Shown: positions 1 through 9,770 of the stretch, piece by piece
Layout of the letters: each line of letters starts with the position of its first letter
Position numbering within the stretch: the first letter of the stretch is position 1
Assembly (NCBI GenBank): GCA_964390175.1
Contig: CAYMHE010000002.1
Span: 13,930 to 77,929, forward strand
DNA: 64,000 nucleotides
Reading direction: 5' to 3'
Source of the DNA: an uncultured Paludibacter sp.
GTDB lineage: Bacteria; Bacteroidota; Bacteroidia; Bacteroidales; Paludibacteraceae
Made by a program: the position numbers and the translations under genes
The notes under the pieces: model-generated
The model's database searches: none
What the model was told of the DNA's origin: nothing
What the model saw: the letters and a program-made list of their open reading frames with translations, nothing else

Positions 1-175
1 GGCCAAAAAAGATCACCTCGCTCCCATCCTCGACGCTCTGCAACAGGCAGGAGCCGTTGAAATAAAAACAATAGCAATGGGACAGGGAACCAAAATAAGC
101 CGTATTGTGGCCTGGACTTTTCTGAATAAAGCTCAGCAAAAGAAATGGCAGGACACAAAATGGAACGTGCTGTAA
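1..175 (+). CDS. rlmF: 23S rRNA m6A1618 methyltransferase, C-terminal part (truncated by window)
   Basis: Frame 2 reads ...VEIKTIAMGQGTKISRIVAWTF...*, the characteristic RlmF C-terminal motif; stop TAA 173-175. Confidence 0.8.
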   Translation, partial: AKKDHLAPILDALQQAGAVEIKTIAMGQGTKISRIVAWTFLNKAQQKKWQDTKWNVL

Positions 176-324
176 ATGCACGTTCCAATGTTCACATCCC
201 AATACAGGAAAACTTATGCTCTTTGCTATGAACTGTTTCACACAAAAAGATCATCCTGTTTGTTTTGTTGAAAGATTTTTTTGCGCCGACATCAATCGGT
301 AACATCAAAAAAAATGATAACAAT

Positions 325-1839
325 ATGAAATTTTTCAAGACCTCTCAGATCAGACAACTCGATCAATACACGATCGCCCATGAGCCCATCAGTTCATCCG
401 ATTTAATGGAACGGGCTGCTTTTGCACTTTTCAAACAGTATGCTCTCACATTTCATTGTAACGAGCCGATTCTCGTTATGGCAGGTCCGGGCAACAACGG
501 CGGAGATGCACTGGCGCTTGCAAAAAGATTATTGACTGCAGGACTCGATGTAAAAATACTGTTACTTCATACCGGAAAATTATCAGCCGATTGTAAAGAA
601 AAACTGACTTCACTTAAGGCCATACATGCAAAACACATCATTGAAATTGATAAAGAGTTTGTTGCTCCGGAGATTTCGCCCAACACCATACTTATCGACG
701 GACTTTTCGGGTCAGGGATCACTCGTCCGCTGCAGGGAATTTTTGCCGATGCAGTGAACTGGATGAATGCCACCAACAACACCATTGTTTCTATCGACAT
801 ACCTTCGGGATTACAGGGCGAAGAAAACGCCGACCTGACCGTTCCGATTGTAAAAGCAAAATACACTTTCAGTCTTCAATTTCCCAAATTAGCCTTTCTG
901 TTTGCTGATAGCGGAGCATTTACCGGCCAGTGGGAAGTGCTTGACATTGGAATTCATCCGCAGGCGATAGCCGACACCGAAAGCTGGTTTCACTATTTAG
1001 AAAAAGCGGAAGTGAGTAGGATTATAGCACCCCGTCCGAAGTTCTCGAATAAAGGCACCTTCGGACATTTGCTGCTACTGGCAGGAAGCAAGGATATGGC
1101 CGGAGCCGCAATCCTTTCAGGCAAAGCGGCATTGCGTAGCGGCGCGGGACTTGTTAGCATCCACAGTGCAGAATGCAATCGGGTAATTGTTCAAACCGCT
1201 ATACCCGAAGCCATTTTCCACTCGGACAAAGACATAAATACAATTACAGCATTTCCCGAATTAAGCAATTACAGTACAGTGGCCATTGGACCCGGCATTG
1301 GCCGCAGACCCGAAACAGCCCGGGCACTTGAACAACTGCTTCTGCAGCTACAAAAGCCCTGTGTTATTGATGCAGATGCATTAAATCTGATCTCGGAGAA
1401 CAAAAGTCTGTTTGATAAGATTCCGACCGGGAGCATACTTACCCCTCACCCTAAGGAATTTGAACGGTTGTTTGGACCGACAGACACACATTACAAAAGA
1501 ATGCTGCTGGCCAGCGAGAAAGCACAGCAACTCGAAGTTGTTATCGTACTGAAAGGTGCTCACACATTGATAGCGCTGCCCGATGGACAGTTGATTTTCA
1601 ATAGCACAGGAAACTCCGGCATGGCAACAGCAGGAAGCGGGGATGTGCTTACAGGTATACTTGGCGGATTACTTGCACAAGGCTATAACTCCGAAAAAGC
1701 AGCGATAGCCGGCGTTTACCTGCACGGTTTGGCCGGAGACCTGGCTTTAGAAACAGCATCCGAGGCCTCATTGATGGCCGGAGACATTGTAGCAGCTATG
1801 GGAAAGGCATACAAAAAACTCTCTCCGCTTCTTCAGTAA
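325..1839 (+). CDS. nnr: Bifunctional NAD(P)H-hydrate epimerase/dehydratase (YjeF_N + carbohydrate kinase-like)
   Basis: GPGNNGGD, DGLFGSG, DIPSG, DADALN, TPHPKEF and GSGDVLTG motifs; ATG at 325 preferred to the TTG at 265. Confidence 0.93.
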   Translation: MKFFKTSQIRQLDQYTIAHEPISSSDLMERAAFALFKQYALTFHCNEPILVMAGPGNNGGDALALAKRLLTAGLDVKILLLHTGKLSADCKEKLTSLKAIHAKHIIEIDKEFVAPEISPNTILIDGLFGSGITRPLQGIFADAVNWMNATNNTIVSIDIPSGLQGEENADLTVPIVKAKYTFSLQFPKLAFLFADSGAFTGQWEVLDIGIHPQAIADTESWFHYLEKAEVSRIIAPRPKFSNKGTFGHLLLLAGSKDMAGAAILSGKAALRSGAGLVSIHSAECNRVIVQTAIPEAIFHSDKDINTITAFPELSNYSTVAIGPGIGRRPETARALEQLLLQLQKPCVIDADALNLISENKSLFDKIPTGSILTPHPKEFERLFGPTDTHYKRMLLASEKAQQLEVVIVLKGAHTLIALPDGQLIFNSTGNSGMATAGSGDVLTGILGGLLAQGYNSEKAAIAGVYLHGLAGDLALETASEASLMAGDIVAAMGKAYKKLSPLLQ

Positions 1840-1888
1840 AAAAGAGACAGGGAGAGCTTAATCGTAACAAAAAGATAATAGTTCACAT

Positions 1889-3427
1889 TCAGGCAATAAG
1901 AAACTTCGACCAATCGCTGTTTTCTTTGTAATCTTCAATCACTACGGCCGTTTGTTTATAATTAAATTGTGCCATCAACTGATCAATTTCCTGATGAAGA
2001 ATAGAAATTGCATTCTCGATCAAATCTTTACGAAAACCCAGTTCTCCCAGCTGAACCACCAAATGGAGCGAACTGATACGACTAAGTGTTTTCCCAAACT
2101 CTACATATTTGCGTTGCGACATTTGGGTATCGATATTAAAATTCAGTAGTTTTTTTAATTTTTCTGCAGCAAGTTCCGTCAGTTTATGTTCTTTCAGAAA
2201 TGCAAAGACGTTATTTTCTTTTACTGCTTTCATTTGTTTCACAATGGCTTCGGTAATCTGGTTGTAAAGAATATCGTTTGCACCTTCGAAAATCTGAAAC
2301 GGACGACTATCCACAATACCTCTGCCCCCAATGTGGTTCAGTTTATAAGCTTCGGCACCCACCAGTTGCACCAAAGTCTGAGCAGACTCCTGCATCAAAT
2401 CAGTGCTGATTGTTTTAACTATATTGGCTTCCAAACCAAAAGGTTGTAAATCATTTTTGATATCGGCCAACTCACTGCTCTTGATGCTCAGCGCTGAAAT
2501 GATCGTAAAATTAGCCTGTAAGCGCGCCAAATGTTGTTGTACCTGATCGTACGAAAACAGATTTTTGCCACTCACCATGCGTTGCTGACAGTGAGCAATA
2601 GCCTCATCGAGCATTCGCTTTACAAACCCAAGCGCCATGCCCGGAAACTGCAAGCGACTGCGATGCAACAAATCGAGCAACATCATAACCCCCGTTGTTT
2701 TAGGTATCAGACGCTGATTTTTAGGTATTTTCACATCAAGCAGATTCCGTCCATAAGGAATCTGATAAAGACCCAGGTTCTCAAATTTTTCATCCACTAC
2801 AATTTTCTGATCGTGAGCAGAATTATCGCACACAAACAAATCAACGTCGCGTTGCAAACTACCTGTCGGTGTTTGTTTTCGGGCAGTCAACACCCAAAAA
2901 TCGGCCTGGCCGGTGAGTCCTGCCCAATGTTTGGTTCCCTTTAAAGCATAATGATCATCGTTCTCTGTATAAGCCGTCTGCATATTCAGCGCATCGCTAC
3001 CAAATCCGGGCTCTGTAATCATGAGTCCACCCATATTCTGTTCTTTTACAAAACGGTCGAAAACATTCTTTTTCACATCATCATGTCCATACTTAATCAC
3101 CGGCTGGAGGAAAAGAGCGCTGTTGATACCCATTGTGAGCGACAGTGCCAGTGATTCGTACGAAGCCGCAGAAAGCAACTGTAAATTTTCCTGGACATTT
3201 CCACCACGTCCTCCATATTCAACAGGAATAACAAGCGACATCGGCTGACATGACATGATTTTCTGAAGTACCTCAGGCTGCATTCCCCGTTGAATACTCA
3301 TTAGGTTAATGTCGTTCTCGTCATGAAAAACTGTTTGTAAAATTGATTTAAACTTAGTCAGATAATCATTAAATGTACCAGCAGGTTTGTTGTTTGAATG
3401 TAATGATTCGGTTGGATCTAATTGCAT
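1889..3427 (-). CDS. Acyl-CoA dehydrogenase family protein
   Basis: IPVEYGGRG, ITEPGFGSDA, GTKHW and IFEGANDIL motifs. Confidence 0.88.
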   Translation of the reverse strand: MQLDPTESLHSNNKPAGTFNDYLTKFKSILQTVFHDENDINLMSIQRGMQPEVLQKIMSCQPMSLVIPVEYGGRGGNVQENLQLLSAASYESLALSLTMGINSALFLQPVIKYGHDDVKKNVFDRFVKEQNMGGLMITEPGFGSDALNMQTAYTENDDHYALKGTKHWAGLTGQADFWVLTARKQTPTGSLQRDVDLFVCDNSAHDQKIVVDEKFENLGLYQIPYGRNLLDVKIPKNQRLIPKTTGVMMLLDLLHRSRLQFPGMALGFVKRMLDEAIAHCQQRMVSGKNLFSYDQVQQHLARLQANFTIISALSIKSSELADIKNDLQPFGLEANIVKTISTDLMQESAQTLVQLVGAEAYKLNHIGGRGIVDSRPFQIFEGANDILYNQITEAIVKQMKAVKENNVFAFLKEHKLTELAAEKLKKLLNFNIDTQMSQRKYVEFGKTLSRISSLHLVVQLGELGFRKDLIENAISILHQEIDQLMAQFNYKQTAVVIEDYKENSDWSKFLIA

Positions 3428-3783
3428 TAAAAAATTGTATTAGTTATATTATTGATTTCATTTTTGTTTTAAAACTCAAATTACAACAACACTTTTGTAA
3501 CTATTGTTTACTTGAAATGAGAGCTGAAAATCAATTCCTTGATCAGTTTTAGCACATTATAGTCTAAAACGTGCATATATCTTCGATATAGAGCCATAAT
3601 AATGAGAAAAGTAAGTGTCGGCCCTGTTGATTGAATTTATTATTGTTTTTTCTCTATTTTATTTGTACTTGATCACACTTTTCGTTGCTGAAACAAAAAA
3701 CCAGGACAAAGTAATGAAAAATTCAATTATTTTGCTTTACTTTGCAACATACCTAATAGTCCTATTAAATGAAACTATTAAAT

Positions 3784-4407
3784 ATGAAAAACAAAACCGA
3801 TCAAAATATGGAACAGGCAATACTTGAAGCAGCAGAACACTTGTTTCTAGAAAAAGGGTATGCCGCCACTTCAACCACTCAAATTGCCAAAGCTGTGGGC
3901 TGTAATCAGGCCCTTGTACATTATTATTTCAGGACGAAGGACAATTTATTCAATACGATATTCGAAAGCAAATTCAAATTGTTTTTTAAAAATATATTTG
4001 ACACAACGCAACTTGCGAGCATGAGTTTTCAACAGAAAATAAAGCACATAGTGGAAGCTCATTTTGATTTATTGATGCAAAACCCCAGATTGCCAATACT
4101 AATTTTGAACGAGTTATCCCGTAGGCCAGAACAATTGAACACACTGCGCGAAAAACTACACGACATACCTGAACAATTATTTACAATTATGAACCAGGAA
4201 CTGGAAACCGAGATTGCTGCCGGACGTGTCAAAGAACTAAGCTATATAGACATTGTAATAACAATTGTTTCGTTGAATGTGGCCTTATTCTCAATGTTGC
4301 CTATAGCATCCGAACTTATTAAACTCAGTAAAGAACAACGAAATTTACTACTGGTTCATCGGCGTTCCGAGAACGTAGACATTGTTCTAAGCTATATTCG
4401 TCCGTAA
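3784..4407 (+). CDS. TetR/AcrR family transcriptional regulator
   Basis: ILEAAEHLFLEKGYAATSTTQIAKAVGCNQALVHYYFRTKDNLF HTH; divergent from the acyl-CoA dehydrogenase; start 3769, 3784 or 3808. Confidence 0.92.
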   Translation: MKNKTDQNMEQAILEAAEHLFLEKGYAATSTTQIAKAVGCNQALVHYYFRTKDNLFNTIFESKFKLFFKNIFDTTQLASMSFQQKIKHIVEAHFDLLMQNPRLPILILNELSRRPEQLNTLREKLHDIPEQLFTIMNQELETEIAAGRVKELSYIDIVITIVSLNVALFSMLPIASELIKLSKEQRNLLLVHRRSENVDIVLSYIRP

Positions 4408-4494
4408 CTATCAAAAAAAAGGACGGAAGTAATGAGAAAATGATCTTTATAAAAAAAATCATGTCCTTAATGTGTTAACCAAAAGATTATTAAT

Positions 4495-4502
4495 TACCTT
4501 TG
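4495..4502 (+). promoter_or_regulatory. Bacteroidetes -7 promoter element TACCTTTG
   Basis: Matches TAnnTTTG upstream of the CDP-alcohol phosphatidyltransferase. Confidence 0.5.
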
Positions 4503-4672
4503 TCAATCGAAAAATGTAATTTTGAGTGAAAAGTCCGAGCGAAAAGCACGTAGTGCAACAAGAAAAAGGGCTGACCTAAAAACGCGCAACCGCAGCAACA
4601 ACTTCATTTTCATTGAAATAGAAATTCTAATATAAAGTTTATTTATATTTTTACAACTAAAAAACCAATCGC

Positions 4673-5374
4673 ATGGAAAACAAGAAGACACACGAAGAAC
4701 TAAACACATTAGTGATTATTTCGAAAGACAGAGAAAGAACCAATCTCCTGAAAAAATACGAACAAAAGACGATTGCCTATCTTGTAGAAAGGATTCCGGA
4801 GTTTATCAGCTCTGATATGTTGACGGGAATCGGGCTTTTCGGCAACGTAATTATTTTTGGATCTTTCATTTTGGCTCATTTCCTGCATCCTTATTATTTA
4901 CTGATCGGCGTTTTCGGTTTTTTAGTGAGCTGGTTTGGCGACTCGCTGGATGGCCGCATAGCTTACTACCGCAACAAACAACGGAAATGGTACGGTTTTT
5001 CACTCGACCTCACTACCGACTGGATAGGCATTGTACTTGTAGGGTTCGGGTTTGTAATTTATGCTCATAATGCCTGGGAATTTTTCGGAATCGGATTTGT
5101 AGTCCTATATGGTTGGGAAATGATGACCACCCTGCTACGTTACAAAATTACCGATCAGTATTCAATCGACTCGGGTAAACTCGGCCCTACCGAAGTACGA
5201 ATCGTGATATCATTGATCCTGATTCTTGAAGTATTTGTTGTGGGTTCGATCCATTATTCGGCTGTTCTTGCTTGTATTGTTCTGTTTATTTCAAACATTG
5301 TTGACTCCATAAAATTATTAAAATTAGCCAATGAGCGGGACAGAAGAGAAAAAGAAAGCGCTAAAAACGCATAA
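4673..5374 (+). CDS. CDP-alcohol phosphatidyltransferase family protein
   Basis: DSLDGRIAYYR..G..LD..TD signature, several TM helices. Confidence 0.9.
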   Translation: MENKKTHEELNTLVIISKDRERTNLLKKYEQKTIAYLVERIPEFISSDMLTGIGLFGNVIIFGSFILAHFLHPYYLLIGVFGFLVSWFGDSLDGRIAYYRNKQRKWYGFSLDLTTDWIGIVLVGFGFVIYAHNAWEFFGIGFVVLYGWEMMTTLLRYKITDQYSIDSGKLGPTEVRIVISLILILEVFVVGSIHYSAVLACIVLFISNIVDSIKLLKLANERDRREKESAKNA

Positions 5375-5798
5375 AATACTCAACAGAGTCTTTACATTTG
5401 CCAAAGCACAGGTATCGGCATTTATAGGCGGCTTAAGCGATTACGCCATAATGGTATTTGTAACAGAAGTTTTTCATGTACACTATACCATATCTATTGC
5501 AATTGGCGGAATTATCGGAGCCATTATCAATTTCAGTTTGAATAAAGCCTGGACATTTCGCAACAAAAGCCAACCTTACAAAAGCTCAGTTCGCAAGCAA
5601 TTGCTTAAATTTATTTTGGTTGTGCTGAACAGTATATTGTTGAAATCGAGCGGCACTTTCCTGATTACAAGTTTTATTCGCATTGACTATAAAATAAGCC
5701 GTATCATTGTGGATCTTATGGTTTCGCTGCTTTTCAATTACACACTGCAGAAACACTGGGTTTTCAACAAGGTGAAAATTCAAAAATTAGAGGATTAA
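5331..5798 (+). CDS. GtrA family membrane protein
   Basis: Four TM segments, NFSLNKAWTF and NYTLQKHWVF motifs; exact start uncertain. Confidence 0.85.
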   Translation: MSGTEEKKKALKTHKILNRVFTFAKAQVSAFIGGLSDYAIMVFVTEVFHVHYTISIAIGGIIGAIINFSLNKAWTFRNKSQPYKSSVRKQLLKFILVVLNSILLKSSGTFLITSFIRIDYKISRIIVDLMVSLLFNYTLQKHWVFNKVKIQKLED

Positions 5799-5966
5799 AT
5801 AGATTTTTCAGTTCCAATGCTGTATAATTAGAGTTCTCATTCGGAAAAGTATATTATTAAGTTGATAAATTTTTCATACTTCATTGTATCAACTACATTA
5901 AAAACACAACTTTTTATTAAATAAATTAGTCATAAATTCAAACGAATAACCACTATAGTCAATAAT

Positions 5967-5980
5967 AACAAACGTTTGCA
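5967..5980. promoter_or_regulatory. Candidate operator AACAAACGTTTGCA (12/14 match to TGCAAACGTTTGCA)
   Basis: Same palindrome recurs at 10564 and 20412 upstream of functionally related genes. Confidence 0.6.
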
Positions 5981-6041
5981 TAAGTTTAATTAACAAAGTT
6001 CATTAATTTTCTTTATTGAGAAATATTTAAATTAATCTCAA

Positions 6042-7259
6042 ATGACAAAAAAAACAGAATATCCGCTCGTTCAAATAATACTTTTGTTTGTTTTTTTACT
6101 GTTCGGACAGTTCAAAAGCTTCGCCAACGATTCTATTAATATCACGGCAGTCCGAACTAAAATTGAAGCTCAGTTAGATTCATTTAACCTACAATCGGAT
6201 GGAAAATCAGCAATAAAGGCGAACATCAATGAAAAGCAGCAAACTCAACTTATCGGAACAACCAATCGCCCGAAAGACTTCTTAACCCTGAAAGAAAGTT
6301 GGAGGAAAAGAAAAATTGAATTTACCGACAGTGTGCGCCTTCAATCAAATCCGGCTTTGGGAGATAAAGTATACGGACTCATCAATGTTTCGGTGGCGAA
6401 CCTTCGCTCCGAACCTCTGCACTCCGCCGAACTTTCGACACAGGCACTTTTAGGGACACCCATCAATATACTCGACAAAAAGAACAACTGGCTGCTGGTG
6501 CAAACTCCCGACAACTATGTTTCGTGGACAGAGGAAAGCACAGTAACCATTCTGAACCGACAAGAGATAAACAAGTGGATGGATGCCCGAAAAATAGTGT
6601 ACTACCAAAACTATGGTAGCAGCTACGAAAAAGCCGACACAAGATCTCAAACCATTTCGGATGTTGTGATTTGCAATATTTTCGAGTACATATCAGAAAA
6701 CAGAAATTTCATAAATGTAATGTACCCCGACAAAAGAGTGGCTTTTTTAAAGAAAACCGACTGTATCGACTACAGTAAATGGATCAACTTACCGAATCCA
6801 ACTCCAGCGGACATAATCAAAACAGCAAAAACATTTACAGGAATTCCTTACCTTTGGGGAGGAACATCCTCAAAAGGACTTGATTGCTCGGGCTTTACAA
6901 AACTCACATTTCTTATTTACGGCGTTATCATACAGCGCGATGCATCACAGCAAGCCAACTATGGATTTATTTCAAACGCTACAACTTTCGACAAACTACA
7001 ACCAGGCAACCTACTGTTTTTTGGCAGAAAAGATAAAGACACAGACAAGGTCTCCATCACACACGTGGCCATTTACACACACAACAACGAATATATTCAT
7101 GCTTCGGGAATGGTGAGTTACAACAGTTTCGACAGCAATTCACCCATTTTCAGCCCCTACCGTGCCAACTCGTTTACAAAGGCAAGCGACTATGTTTCGG
7201 CAATAGGCACTGCAAACATTACGAAAGTGAAAAACAGTATTTTTTACAACAAACACTAA
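6042..7259 (+). CDS. ykfC: SH3 + NlpC/P60 peptidase, YkfC-like gamma-D-Glu-diamino acid endopeptidase, exported
   Basis: N-terminal signal peptide; VSVANLRSEP..ELSTQALLG SH3b region; PYLWGG..GLDCSGF, RDASQQ and ITHVAIY catalytic motifs. Confidence 0.85.
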   Translation: MTKKTEYPLVQIILLFVFLLFGQFKSFANDSINITAVRTKIEAQLDSFNLQSDGKSAIKANINEKQQTQLIGTTNRPKDFLTLKESWRKRKIEFTDSVRLQSNPALGDKVYGLINVSVANLRSEPLHSAELSTQALLGTPINILDKKNNWLLVQTPDNYVSWTEESTVTILNRQEINKWMDARKIVYYQNYGSSYEKADTRSQTISDVVICNIFEYISENRNFINVMYPDKRVAFLKKTDCIDYSKWINLPNPTPADIIKTAKTFTGIPYLWGGTSSKGLDCSGFTKLTFLIYGVIIQRDASQQANYGFISNATTFDKLQPGNLLFFGRKDKDTDKVSITHVAIYTHNNEYIHASGMVSYNSFDSNSPIFSPYRANSFTKASDYVSAIGTANITKVKNSIFYNKH

Positions 7260-7281
7260 CATCATCTCAAATTATACAGTT

Positions 7282-8421
7282 ATGACTACAAATCGACGGG
7301 ATTTTCTGAAAATATCCGGACTTACACTGGGTTTATCCTTCATTGACACAAAATCGGCTGCAGCTCCGCTTATAAATTGTTTCGGTTCAAAAAAAACGCA
7401 AAAAATGAAACTATCATTCCAACTCTATAACTTAATGCTGAAACACACATTTACCGTGGCCAGCAATTCACGCACAACAACGCCTGTAGTATTAACCCAA
7501 ATTGAGTACGATGGCATCATTGGGTACGGAGAAGCATCAATGCCTCCCTACCTTGGCGAAACGCAGGCATCGGTCACAAAGTTTCTTTCAAAAGTCGACT
7601 TGTCGTCCTTTAACGATCCGTTTCAGCTGGATGAAATTCTGGCTTACATTGATGGAATTGAAGAAAAGAACACAGCCGCCAAAGCCGCCATCGACATTGC
7701 CCTGCACGATCTGACAGGCAAAATACTAAATCAGCCCATCCACAGAATATGGGGACTTTCGAAAAAAAACACGCCCAACACCTCATTCACAATAGGTATC
7801 GACACACCGGAAATTATAAAAGAGAAAACCCTTGAAGCCGGAAATCAATACAAAATATTAAAAGTAAAACTCGGGCGCAACAACGACAAGGAGATTATAG
7901 AAACCATACGCTCGGTGACCGACACGCCGCTTTGCGTAGACGTAAACCAGGGCTGGACCGACAAGAAAATGGCACTGGACATGATTTACTGGCTGAAAGA
8001 AAAAAATATAGTTTTCGTAGAACAACCCATGAGCAAAGAAAACATGGAAGATATGGCCTGGCTTACCCAACACAGTCCTCTGCCTGTCATAGCCGACGAA
8101 GCCGTTCAGCGACTTGCCGACGTAAAACATTTATACCAGGTTTATTCGGGCATTAACGTAAAACTAATGAAATGCGGAGGCATGCGCGAAGCTCACAAAA
8201 TGATAGAACTTGCACATGCACTGAATATGAAAACAATGATAGGCTGCATGACCGAGACATCCTGCGCTGTTTCAGCAGCTGCTCAACTATCGCCACTCAC
8301 TGATTGGGCCGATTTGGATGGCAACTTACTCATTACAAACGACGTATTTGAAGGCATCAAAATAATCAACGGAAAAGTCACCCTTAATGACAGACCGGGA
8401 ATAGGGATTAGAAAAGTTTAA
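7282..8421 (+). CDS. ykfB: L-Ala-D/L-Glu dipeptide epimerase (enolase superfamily) with Tat signal
   Basis: NRRDFLK twin-arginine motif; KVK, DVNQGW, EQP, ADE, KLMKCGG and DLDG motifs; follows the ykfC-like gene. Confidence 0.88.
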   Translation: MTTNRRDFLKISGLTLGLSFIDTKSAAAPLINCFGSKKTQKMKLSFQLYNLMLKHTFTVASNSRTTTPVVLTQIEYDGIIGYGEASMPPYLGETQASVTKFLSKVDLSSFNDPFQLDEILAYIDGIEEKNTAAKAAIDIALHDLTGKILNQPIHRIWGLSKKNTPNTSFTIGIDTPEIIKEKTLEAGNQYKILKVKLGRNNDKEIIETIRSVTDTPLCVDVNQGWTDKKMALDMIYWLKEKNIVFVEQPMSKENMEDMAWLTQHSPLPVIADEAVQRLADVKHLYQVYSGINVKLMKCGGMREAHKMIELAHALNMKTMIGCMTETSCAVSAAAQLSPLTDWADLDGNLLITNDVFEGIKIINGKVTLNDRPGIGIRKV

Positions 8422-8432
8422 CAGGATGATCA

Positions 8433-8622
8433 GGCAGACAGCTTAAAAGATCAGACTTCAACAGTTCAGGAGTTTTACCCCTCTCCACCCGACTCCTTAT
8501 GGGCACAACGATGTTTTATGTTTACTGTCTGCCACTTCGGGAGCTGCTATGTTTCCTGTTCTACTGCAGTCCCTCCCTTACATAGCCTTTTCATCACGGG
8601 ATGATTCAAAGTCACCCTGTGA
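8433..8622 (-). ncRNA. Candidate structured RNA / structured 3' tail downstream of the orphan gene
   Basis: Nested inverted repeats 8433-8441/8525-8533, 8444-8452/8510-8518, 8468-8473/8492-8497, 8546-8552/8580-8586, 8594-8600/8615-8622; GC-rich relative to other spacers; strand inferred. Confidence 0.35.
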
Positions 8623-8659
8623 AGATCGTCAGCACATCACCCTAAAAACACCAACGGCA

Positions 8660-9325
8660 TTAACCCGCTATTGTGGCACTTACAGTAACACTCCACGGTC
8701 CGGCTTCGCCACGCATATTTACCCAACGCAACCAGTAATACACCGTTTTACCAACCTTATTTCCATCAAATTTCATAACACAGGGACTAGCGGTGTTGGT
8801 AGCAACATAAATTAACTCCGAAACATCTTTAGGTGCTTCACCATCCACTTTCATGAAAATTTCGCACCCATGTACGCCGGCCGGTTTTGCATTGCTGTGG
8901 GCCGAGGCTTCGTCGTAATAACTAATGGAATGTTGCAAGCGCATCGAAAAATCAACAATCCCCACGGGACTTGTAGCAGGCACGGGAGTTGGCGTGCGTG
9001 TTCCGGTTTTTACAGTAAGCCCCATACGCGTGCGGTCGGCATCAGTTACTTTTGAGTTGTAGGCCAACCATTGCGATACAAAGCCACGGATTATTCTTTT
9101 ATACTGCCTGTTGGCTTCGTCTTTAGTAGCCACATCGGCCGAAGTGCGGTTTAGTTTGTTACTCGCCTTCGCATAAGCGATTTGCCACACTCTTTGCCCT
9201 GATTTTAGCGCTGCAAAATCGTCGGCATTAATACTCCAGGCGATTAGATTTGGCTCAATAATCGCTACTAAGTTTCCCTGCCATACATTAAAGTCGGCAT
9301 CGTTTTTCGAAATGTAGTCTGACAT
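8660..9325 (-). CDS. Hypothetical cytoplasmic protein: helical N-terminal domain, Pro/Thr linker, FN3-like C-terminal domain
   Basis: 221-aa ORF; TPTPVPATSP linker; C-terminal VYYWLRWVNMRGEAGPWS resembles the FN3 terminal strands; no signal peptide. Confidence 0.75.
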   Translation of the reverse strand: MSDYISKNDADFNVWQGNLVAIIEPNLIAWSINADDFAALKSGQRVWQIAYAKASNKLNRTSADVATKDEANRQYKRIIRGFVSQWLAYNSKVTDADRTRMGLTVKTGTRTPTPVPATSPVGIVDFSMRLQHSISYYDEASAHSNAKPAGVHGCEIFMKVDGEAPKDVSELIYVATNTASPCVMKFDGNKVGKTVYYWLRWVNMRGEAGPWSVTVSATIAG

Positions 9326-9430
9326 AATTTTAAGTTTTTAAATTAAACTTGATTTCTATTATTTCATATCTTATTGGTTATAAAACGTCTGTATTTAAAT
9401 TACTTTTCCTATCAACTTCATAATTTAAAA

Positions 9431-9682
9431 ATTTCTCCCGGGGCGGAAGCTTTTTCTCTCGGGGAAAAAACTTTTTCTCTCAGGAAAAATTTATTTTCTC
9501 TCGGGGGAAAAACCTTTTCTCTCAGGAGAAAAATGATCTCTCTCAAGGGAAAATCTTTTTCTTTTTGGACGGAAGCTTTTTCTCTAAAGAGAATGTCATT
9601 TTCTCTCAGGGGAAATTCTTTTTCTCTCAGGGAAAAAACTTTCTCTCCTAAAGTAGAATATTTCCGTCCTAAGGAAATTTTT
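9431..9682. repeat. Tandem array of 12 x 21-bp degenerate quasi-palindromic units (TTTTCTCTC-xGG-GAAAA-nnn)
   Basis: Units start at 9431, 9452, 9473, 9494, 9515, 9536, 9557, 9578, 9599, 9620, 9641 and 9662 with no indels. Confidence 0.9.
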
Positions 9683-9770
9683 CCATTCCTGACATAGCTT
9701 ATTGAATTGACCCTCTATTAGGAAAGCTGGATCAACTGACAATAATATTTCTGTATCAACATTTTCGGTT

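Noticed and set aside
9431..9682. CRISPR array interpretation of the 21-bp repeats (also 26544-26774)
   Set aside because: Units are too short, have no unique 25-40 bp spacers, and no cas genes are in the window.
9374..9697. 107-aa ORF with FSLxxK heptads
   Set aside because: It has a TTG start and coincides with the quasi-palindromic array, which is stop-free on both strands. It is more simply explained as a by-product, though translation is not excluded.
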